Assembly (NCBI GenBank): GCA_963664195.1
Contig: OY760907.1
Location: 1,440,001 to 1,504,000 of the forward strand
Origin: an uncultured candidate division Zixibacteria bacterium
Lineage (GTDB): Bacteria > Zixibacteria > MSB-5A5 > GN15 > FEB-12
DNA: 64,000 bases
Direction: 5' to 3'
This document shows positions 57,000-64,000 of the stretch, piece after piece (position 1 is the stretch's first letter; each line of letters opens with the position of its first letter). The notes beneath the pieces are model-generated. The model saw nothing but the letters and a program-made list of their open reading frames with translations, made no database searches and was not told where the DNA came from. A program made the translations under genes and the position numbers.

Positions 57000-57896
57000 A
57001 TGACCAGCCTGCTGCATTTCGACATCACCGAGAAACTCGGCGAGGGCAAAAACGGCGAGGCGTTTCTGGCTCTGGATTCGGGGCTCCAGCGGGTGTTTGT
57101 GTTGAAGCTGCTCGATCCGGATCGCGCACAGGATGAGGTCTGGCTGTCGGCTTTTCGTGCGCAGATTGATACTCTTGCAAAGATCGAAGACTCCGTATTG
57201 GCCGAGGTCTATTCTGTCGAACAGGATGGCGACAAGCGGTTTGTGGTGCGAGAGTTTGTCGAAGGAGTTTCGATAGGCAAGCTCGTTTCGAAACGGGCAC
57301 ACGATTACCGGAGCATTCTAGTTGTCGCCATCTCGCTGGCAGAGGCGCTGAGGAACCTGCACGACAGGGACATTTTTCACGGCAATCTCACGTCTGAGAA
57401 CGTTATTATCTCCTCCAAAGGAGGGGTGAAATTGACCGACTGTGGTCTCGCGGTGGCTGGCAAAGACATCGCGTTTGTAGCGCCAGAGATTCTCCAGGGA
57501 GAAACGGAGACCGAGCAGAGCGATCTGTATTCGCTCGGCGCGGTCCTCTACCACTCTCTCGTCGGAGTGCCCGTGTTCGCCGATGACGACCCGGCTAAGC
57601 TCAGGGAGATGATACTCACCGAGTCAGTCAGTTTTGACGAAGCTCCTGCGAATCTTATCCCCTCTGATGCCCGCCTTCTGATCGGGAAGCTACTATCTAA
57701 GACTCCGGCTGACCGGTTCGGAAGTGTCGAGGAACTTCTGATCACGCTCCGTGAGATCAAGGCACTCGGTCTGGCCGCGGCGGAAGTGTCTGAACTGCCG
57801 CATTCAAAGTACAGTCCGCGCCAGTATCTACTCATATCGATCCTTGCCGCCCTTCTCGTGATTTTCTGGCTTGTCGTCAGTTCACTTGAACGCTGA
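57000..57896 (+). CDS. Ser/Thr protein kinase-like protein (probable pseudokinase) with C-terminal transmembrane helix
   Basis: LGEGKNG, VLK, HGNLTSEN (for HRDLKPxN), DCG (for DFG), APE, SDLYSLG. Confidence 0.8.
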   Translation: MTSLLHFDITEKLGEGKNGEAFLALDSGLQRVFVLKLLDPDRAQDEVWLSAFRAQIDTLAKIEDSVLAEVYSVEQDGDKRFVVREFVEGVSIGKLVSKRAHDYRSILVVAISLAEALRNLHDRDIFHGNLTSENVIISSKGGVKLTDCGLAVAGKDIAFVAPEILQGETETEQSDLYSLGAVLYHSLVGVPVFADDDPAKLREMILTESVSFDEAPANLIPSDARLLIGKLLSKTPADRFGSVEELLITLREIKALGLAAAEVSELPHSKYSPRQYLLISILAALLVIFWLVVSSLER

Positions 57897-58068
57897 AAAC
57901 GTCTCCGAAGTCGACTTAAGGTCTTTCCCGACATCGCATTACAAACGAGGCTGGAACGGCCCGGTTGAGAGCCAAAAAGTCCTTTCCCTGACAGAGTATT
58001 GTCCGTATAGTTTAAGGTTTGCCCGGAGCGATTTCCGGCTTGAAACTACAGATGAATGGGGCAGATAG

Positions 58069-60468
58069 ATGAAGCTCGACTATAATTCGGAAAAGATCGA
58101 GGTGCGTCCTCGGCTTTCGGTGATTCCGCTGCGCGACGTGGTGGTTTTTCCGCACATGATATATCCGCTGCTGGTTGGTCGTGAGTTCACCGTCAAGGCG
58201 CTTCAGGAAGCGATGATTCATGACAAGCAAGTGCTGCTCGTGGCTCAGAAGTCTTCGACCGTGGACAATCCCGAGGCAGACGATCTGTACGAGTTCGGGA
58301 TTGTCGCCCGCATTCTTCAGGTCATGAAGATGCCGAACGGCACGCTTAAGGTGCTGGTCGAGGGCATGGTTCGTGCGGAGATCGTGACTCTCTCCGCTTC
58401 GGGCGAGTTCATGACCGCCAAGATTGCGATGATCCGTCACGGCGGGGAGAAGTTTGACCAGGAGACAGAAGCGCTTTCCAGGGCCGTCTCTGAGCAGTTC
58501 TCCGAGTACGTTCGTCTCAACCGGCGCATTCCTGACGAGGTGCTGGTGTCGATAGCCTCGATCGATGCTTATGAGCAGCAGGCGGATACAATTGCCGCGC
58601 ACTTGCTGCATAAGATAGAGACCAAACAGCGGTTGCTCGAAACGAGAACGGTCAAGCAGGAGTTTCTCGTGCTCTCCGAGATACTCAAGGAAGAGATCGA
58701 GATTCTCAATATCGAGCACAAGATTGATGGCACGGTGCGTGAATCCATGTCCCGCGGGCAGCGTGAAGTATATCTTCAACAGCAGCTTAAGGCGATCAAA
58801 GACGAACTGGGCCAGAACGATGATTCCGGGGCCGAGGTTGAAGACCTCTATACCAAGCTTGATACCGGCAGCTACCCCGACAGGGTGGTGGCCAAAGCTG
58901 AAGAAGAAATCCGCAAGCTGTCCAAAATGCACCCGTACTCTGCCGAAGCCGGCGTTGTACGGTCGTATGTCGAGTGGCTGCTCGCATTACCGTGGACGGA
59001 TACTACCGAAGATCGTATGGATTTCGCCGAGGTAAAGTCGATTCTCGACGGTGACCATTTCGGTTTGGAAAAGCCAAAACAGCGTATTCTCGAACACCTG
59101 GCCGTGATTCGGCTGGCCAAGAAGGTCAAGGGGCCGATCCTCTGTCTGGTTGGCCCTCCAGGGGTCGGGAAGACCTCTGTTGGCCGGTCAATTGCTCGCT
59201 CGATGGGACGCAAGTTTGTGCGCATGTCTCTGGGCGGCATCCATGACGAGGCTGAAATCAGGGGACATCGCCGGACGTACATCGGTGCGATGCCGGGGCG
59301 GATCATTCAGTCGCTGAAGAAGGCGGAATCCAGCAACCCGGTCTTCCTCCTTGACGAGGTCGACAAGATCGGACGTGACTTCCGTGGCGATCCGGGTGCG
59401 GCGTTGCTTGAGGTGCTTGATCCGGAACAAAATTCGACATTCACTGACAACTACCTTGAAGTCGAGTATGATCTGTCGGATGTGCTGTTCGTGACAACGG
59501 CCAACTCAACCGCCAGTATCCCGGTTCCGCTGCGTGACCGTATGGAGATCATCAGGCTGCCGGGGTATCTTGATTTTGAAAAGGCGGCTATCGCCCGTGA
59601 TTTTCTCCTGCCGAAACTTCGTACGGAAATTGGCCTCGATCGAGTGACAATCGACGCGCGTGAGGAGGCGATATTTGAGATCATTCGCTATTACACCCGC
59701 GAGTCCGGCGTGCGTGAGCTGGACCGTCAGATCGGTTCGCTGCTGAGGAAAGTTGCGCTGACCATCGCCGAGGGAAAACGTATTCGCAAACTGGTAGTGA
59801 ACACGGCAAAAGTCCATAAGTTGCTGGGCAAACGGCAATACATCGACACAAATATCAAATCGACTCCGACTGTCGGTTATGCAATAGCCCTGGCTTGGAC
59901 TGAAGTCGGCGGAGAAATCCTGCCGGTTGAGGTCATTCCGATGCCGGGGCGGTCGAAACTGACGCTCACCGGATCGCTGGGCGATGTTATGCGCGAGTCG
60001 GCAATGGCGGCGATGTCGTATATACGCAATCACGCCACACAGTTCGGTCTGAAGGATGATTTCTTTGAGAAGCAGGAAATTCACGTTCACATACCCGAAG
60101 GTGCTGTGCCGAAAGACGGTCCCTCGGCAGGGGTGACGTTGACAACGGCATTGCTGTCGAGTCTGACGGGGATACCCTCGCGGACGGATATTGCCATGAC
60201 AGGCGAGATCACGTTGACCGGCGACGTATTGCCTATCGGCGGGTTGAACGAGAAGCTTCTGGCAGCAAAACGGATGGGCATTTGCGAGGTCATTTTGCCG
60301 GCCCGGAACGAAAAGGATGTAGCTGAGTTGCAGCCGGAATTGTTGGAAGGGTTGACTCTTCATTTTGTCAAGCGTATCTCCGAAGTGGTCAATCTGGCAC
60401 TTACGAAATCGCCGTACGTGAAAAAGAACAAGAGAACTGTCAATCGTCAGGCGGCCGGACTGCGCTAG
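58069..60468 (+). CDS. lon: Lon protease
   Basis: PLRDVVVFP, GPPGVGKT, LLDEVDK, PKDGPSAG (Ser) and EKLLAA (Lys) dyad. Confidence 0.97.
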   Translation: MKLDYNSEKIEVRPRLSVIPLRDVVVFPHMIYPLLVGREFTVKALQEAMIHDKQVLLVAQKSSTVDNPEADDLYEFGIVARILQVMKMPNGTLKVLVEGMVRAEIVTLSASGEFMTAKIAMIRHGGEKFDQETEALSRAVSEQFSEYVRLNRRIPDEVLVSIASIDAYEQQADTIAAHLLHKIETKQRLLETRTVKQEFLVLSEILKEEIEILNIEHKIDGTVRESMSRGQREVYLQQQLKAIKDELGQNDDSGAEVEDLYTKLDTGSYPDRVVAKAEEEIRKLSKMHPYSAEAGVVRSYVEWLLALPWTDTTEDRMDFAEVKSILDGDHFGLEKPKQRILEHLAVIRLAKKVKGPILCLVGPPGVGKTSVGRSIARSMGRKFVRMSLGGIHDEAEIRGHRRTYIGAMPGRIIQSLKKAESSNPVFLLDEVDKIGRDFRGDPGAALLEVLDPEQNSTFTDNYLEVEYDLSDVLFVTTANSTASIPVPLRDRMEIIRLPGYLDFEKAAIARDFLLPKLRTEIGLDRVTIDAREEAIFEIIRYYTRESGVRELDRQIGSLLRKVALTIAEGKRIRKLVVNTAKVHKLLGKRQYIDTNIKSTPTVGYAIALAWTEVGGEILPVEVIPMPGRSKLTLTGSLGDVMRESAMAAMSYIRNHATQFGLKDDFFEKQEIHVHIPEGAVPKDGPSAGVTLTTALLSSLTGIPSRTDIAMTGEITLTGDVLPIGGLNEKLLAAKRMGICEVILPARNEKDVAELQPELLEGLTLHFVKRISEVVNLALTKSPYVKKNKRTVNRQAAGLR

Positions 60469-60522
60469 GGCGCGGAATCGCGCCTGACGAGTATTGGATA
60501 CAGGTAGACGGGAGAGAGCACC

Positions 60523-61125
60523 ATAGCCTTCAAAGACCCCGAGGCGAAATTCATCGGCTCGTTTTTCAAGCTGGAGCAGATTCCCTCTGACCGGCGGCCG
60601 CAGATTGCTGTAGCCGGACGGTCTAATGTGGGCAAATCCTCGCTGCTTAACAATGCTGTCGGGGTGAGGAAGCTGGCCAAGGTTTCCAAGACGCCCGGTC
60701 GGACGCGATCGCTGAATTTCTTCAAGATCGACGACCGGTATTACCTGGTGGACCTGCCCGGTTACGGATACGCCAAGGTGAGCAAGTCGATGCGGGCTGA
60801 ATGGGGCCGGATGATCGAGGACTATTTGGTTAATGGAGAGCGCCTGATAGGCCTCGTCCTGTTACTGGACAGCCGTCGTGATCCCACTCCCGAAGACTGG
60901 GAACTGATACAATGGCTGGCCGGTCGGCAGCTTCCCGTGCTGGTGGTTCTCACAAAAGCAGACAAGCTGAATAAAGACAAACTGAATCGAAAGGTTCAAC
61001 TGGTTGAATCGGAACTCGGGGTGGCAGTCATCCCGTTTTCAGTGGTCACTCCGATTGGTAAGCATGAACTGATGAGTGCCATTCAGGAATTGGTGAGCGA
61101 ACATACAGAGCAGAACAAAGGCTAA
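60523..61125 (+). CDS. engB: ribosome biogenesis GTPase YihA/YsxC, probable non-canonical ATA start
   Basis: GRSNVGKSSL.N, SKTPG.T, DLPGYGYA, TKADK; no in-frame ATG/GTG/TTG upstream of the G1 box. Confidence 0.9.
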   Translation: MAFKDPEAKFIGSFFKLEQIPSDRRPQIAVAGRSNVGKSSLLNNAVGVRKLAKVSKTPGRTRSLNFFKIDDRYYLVDLPGYGYAKVSKSMRAEWGRMIEDYLVNGERLIGLVLLLDSRRDPTPEDWELIQWLAGRQLPVLVVLTKADKLNKDKLNRKVQLVESELGVAVIPFSVVTPIGKHELMSAIQELVSEHTEQNKG

Positions 61126-61130
61126 GCGGA

Positions 61131-62405
61131 ATGGGTAAGAACAGAGTTGTTGTAGGCTGTCAATGGGGCGATGAAGGCAAGGGCAAGATTGTGGATCTTC
61201 TCGCGGCGCAGGCAGACATTATCGCGCGCTTCCAGGGAGGTGCAAACGCCGGCCACACGATTGTGGTGGGCGACAAAAAATACGTCCTGCACTTGATACC
61301 CTCGGGAATCATCCAGCCGGGCAAGAAGTGTTATGTCGGCAACGGTGTTGTGCTCGATCCGTTCGGGTTCAAAGAGGAACTTGAGTTTCTCGATGAAAAG
61401 GGAATCGAATACAAGGGACGGCTATTCATCTCGCCGGCCACCAACATGGTTCTGCCGTATCATAAGCTGATCGACGCCTACCAGGAACAGGCTCGAGGCA
61501 CGGGCTCCATCGGTACTACCGGGCGCGGCATTGGACCGGCATATGTCGATAAGGTTGCCCGCCACGGCATCCGTGTCGCTGATTTGTTTGCCCCGAGTCG
61601 TCTGAAAGCCCGTTTGGACTATCAGCGCAAGATTAAGGCCAAGTATTTTGACGGTTCCACCGATGAGCGTGCCGATCTTGATCGTACCTACGCCGAGTTG
61701 CTCGAATTGGCAAAGATGATTCAACCGATGGTGGTCGATGTCTCCTATGAGCTGTTCCAGGCCTACAAGGCTGGCAAGGCTATTCTGTACGAAGGAGCGC
61801 AGGGCGTTATGCTCGACGTTGACCTGGGTACGTATCCCTTCGCGACATCTTCCAATACAACAACCGGCGGCGTGCTGACCGGTTTGGGAATCGGTCCCAA
61901 GATGATTGACGAAGTCGTGGGCGTGATCAAAGCATACACGACACGTGTGGGTACCGGCCCGTTCCCGACCGAGCTTATTGATGATACCGGCGAGAAGATG
62001 CGTGCCACCGGCGATGAATTCGGGGCCACTACCGGCCGTCCGCGTCGTTGCGGTTGGCTTGACCTGGTGGCGCTCAGGCACGCGGTGCGGATCAACGGTG
62101 TGGATTCTATCGCCGTTACCAAGCTCGACGTGCTCGATGATATGGACGAGATCAAGGTTTGTGTGGCGTATGAACTCGACGGCAAAAGGCTCGATCAGGT
62201 GCCGCTTGATCTGTCGGAGTTGCAGCATGTCAAGCCGGTGTACGAGACGCTGCCGGGTTGGAAGGCCGACGCTACCGGATTGACCGCGTTTGGGGATCTT
62301 CCGGAGAAGGCGCAGGAGTACCTGAACTTTATCGCTAACGATTTGGACGTGAAGATTCTCCTCGTGTCGACCGGTGCGAAACGCGAAGAGACGATTATGG
62401 TATAA
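61131..62405 (+). CDS. purA: adenylosuccinate synthetase
   Basis: QWGDEGKGK, GGANAGHT, IGTTGRGIGP.Y.DK, EGAQG, GATTGRPRRCGW, TKLDVL. Confidence 0.98.
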   Translation: MGKNRVVVGCQWGDEGKGKIVDLLAAQADIIARFQGGANAGHTIVVGDKKYVLHLIPSGIIQPGKKCYVGNGVVLDPFGFKEELEFLDEKGIEYKGRLFISPATNMVLPYHKLIDAYQEQARGTGSIGTTGRGIGPAYVDKVARHGIRVADLFAPSRLKARLDYQRKIKAKYFDGSTDERADLDRTYAELLELAKMIQPMVVDVSYELFQAYKAGKAILYEGAQGVMLDVDLGTYPFATSSNTTTGGVLTGLGIGPKMIDEVVGVIKAYTTRVGTGPFPTELIDDTGEKMRATGDEFGATTGRPRRCGWLDLVALRHAVRINGVDSIAVTKLDVLDDMDEIKVCVAYELDGKRLDQVPLDLSELQHVKPVYETLPGWKADATGLTAFGDLPEKAQEYLNFIANDLDVKILLVSTGAKREETIMV

Positions 62406-62451
62406 ACTGAAACGGGCAAGCTGACTGAAGGAATAGAACAGGAGAAGACTC

Positions 62452-63009
62452 ATGAGAGTGCTTGTAGTATTGCTGATTGCGCTGGCTTTGATGGCGACGG
62501 GCGTCATGGCGGGCGAGAAGTCCGAGGTTGTTAAGCCAAAGGCCGAAAAAAGAGTGAAAATCAAAAAGGCCGATGACCCGACTCACGTTGACGAAGGCGA
62601 GAACGCTGAGAAGGTCGAAAAGGTCAAAGAGACCAAAGAAGCCAAAGAACTTGAGATGTTTACGACCGAATCCGGTGTTCGCTATCAGGATTTGGTGGTG
62701 GGCAAAGGTGTGGTGGCCAAATACGGAATGAAGGCTGAGTGTCATTACACGCTCTGGTTTGCCGACTCGACCGGCCTCGTGAAGGGGAAGCGGTTTCAGA
62801 GTTCTAAAGACCGTGGAAAGACATTCACCTGCACGATCGGCCAGGGTTTGATAAAGGGTTGGTCTGACGGCATGGTCGGGATGAAAGAGGGTGGAACACG
62901 CCTGTTGTATGTCCCGTGGCAGCTTGGATACGGAGAAAAGGGCCGTCCGCCGCTTCCGGGCAAGCAGAACTTGATATTCGAACTGGATTTCATCCGCCAG
63001 GTGAAATAG
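62452..63009 (+). CDS. secreted FKBP-type peptidyl-prolyl isomerase
   Basis: Signal peptide; SG..Y.DL..G.G, HY, F.SS, IKGW..G..GM..GG.R.L..P..LGYG, LIFEL. Confidence 0.9.
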   Translation: MRVLVVLLIALALMATGVMAGEKSEVVKPKAEKRVKIKKADDPTHVDEGENAEKVEKVKETKEAKELEMFTTESGVRYQDLVVGKGVVAKYGMKAECHYTLWFADSTGLVKGKRFQSSKDRGKTFTCTIGQGLIKGWSDGMVGMKEGGTRLLYVPWQLGYGEKGRPPLPGKQNLIFELDFIRQVK

Positions 63010-63035
63010 CGCGAGATTTCGATGTTCCAGAGTAC

Positions 63036-63063
63036 AAAGCCCGCCTTTTGGCGGGCTTTTTTT
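63036..63063 (+). terminator. intrinsic terminator
   Basis: AAAGCCCGCC-TTTT-GGCGGGCTTTTTTT. Confidence 0.85.
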
Positions 63064-63455
63064 GTGTCTATCCGGGGAGATGCTCTCGAAATAATAAACG
63101 CCCTCTTGGGGAGGAGGGCGTTTCCGGGTTCCTAAGGAGGAGAAATGCATGTGGGGCATGCATAAAGGCCTGTGTTTGACCTTGAGCCCAATTAACCTCA
63201 ATGGAATGACCGGTTGTCATCGTAATGTCAAACGGAAGGACAAAAGTCTGCCGACTGTCCGCCGATTCAGGCCAAAAGGAGGCCAGTTGTTAATGAACAT
63301 ATTCTGGATCGGAGGGATACCGGCAAGAAAAGGTAGTGGGCCTGCCCCTGAGGTGACGCAATCAAATGCCTGTGACCTTGAGAAATCGTTTGACTTTTTG
63401 AGTCAAGGTCATCATATATATACCCCCAAAGGATTTACCCTGTATGAGGGTCTAT

Positions 63456-63527
63456 GGGGGTGTAGCTCAGGGGTAGAGCTCCTGCCTTTTAAGCAGGCTG
63501 TCGAAGGTTCAAATCCTTCCACCCTCA
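63456..63527 (+). tRNA. tRNA-Lys (TTT)
   Basis: GGGGGTG/CACCCTC acceptor stem; CCTGC-CTTTTAA-GCAGG anticodon arm; TTCAAAT T-loop. Confidence 0.9.
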
Positions 63528-63545
63528 TAAAAAGTTTTTGAGTAT

Positions 63546-63618
<73 letters not shown>

Positions 63619-63715
63619 TATTTTTTTGTCTGAAAACGAGTTCCCCGACATCAGTGATCTCATTGATGGCCTACCCGTGCCTCGGGTGGGGTGAATGAAG
63701 CTCCAGTGACAACTC

Positions 63716-63741
63716 GTAGGTCAGGTTGCTTGCAACCTGAC
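63716..63741 (+). repeat. GTAG REP flanking the RAYT gene
   Basis: GTAG-GTCAGGTTGC-TT-GCAACCTGAC, perfect 10-bp stem. Confidence 0.85.
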
Positions 63742-63794
63742 AGATGCATGATTATCTTCTATCATGATATGATAATCTCTGGGGGAAGGACGAT

Positions 63795-64000
63795 ATGTCG
63801 AAGCTTAGGCGGTTTGACCCTCTGAACCGGCCGGTCTTTGTAACCTGCGTAACTCTGGATCGACGCCCTATTCTAACTGAACTGATCCGTCCGTTGATTG
63901 CGGCCCGCAGACACATTCGTTATCTCGGCGTGAAGGTTCCGGCCTGGGTTGTCTTGCCGGATCATCTGCACGCTATCATTGAGTTAGGCGACAATCCTCT
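63795..64000 (+). mobile_element. REP-associated tyrosine transposase (RAYT, Y1 HUH), 3' truncated by window; absent from the ORF track
   Basis: Manual translation MSKLRRFD....VFVTCVTLDRRPIL...AWVVLPDHLHAII: FVT.VT..R and W.V.PDH.H HUH motifs; AAGGA RBS. Confidence 0.88.

Overview
A gene-dense, moderately GC-rich bacterial chromosomal window. Several secreted proteins carry dockerin-like and cohesin-like modules and T9SS/FlgD-type C-terminal tails (..QNYPNPFNP..KMLLLK), which suggests an FCB-group organism, most plausibly Zixibacteria (inference). Housekeeping content: a nagZ-anmK-SpoIID-OmpA peptidoglycan cluster, a tetraheme cytochrome c, P5C dehydrogenase, alpha-2-macroglobulin plus pbpC, a sigma54 two-component module, phosphomannomutase, tRNA-Leu-tig-clpP-clpX, uvrD, lon-engB-purA-FKBP, four tRNAs in total, and a REP-associated tyrosine transposase at the right edge with many dispersed REP-like hairpins. 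The most unusual element is an unannotated ~0.9 kb array (about 27,000-27,870) of seven ~110-nt hairpin units with compensatory base changes. It lies directly upstream of a small protein made of two DUF4032-like repeats, and its core motif recurs in the long leader of a probably very highly expressed cohesin/dockerin surface protein. Other oddities: a set of cohesin/dockerin proteins without glycoside hydrolases, an internally deleted glycogen synthase remnant, ClpP with Asn in place of the catalytic Asp, engB with a probable ATA start, a membrane pseudokinase, and a duplicated promoter-signal-peptide cassette. All family calls come from motif recognition by eye; no searches were run.
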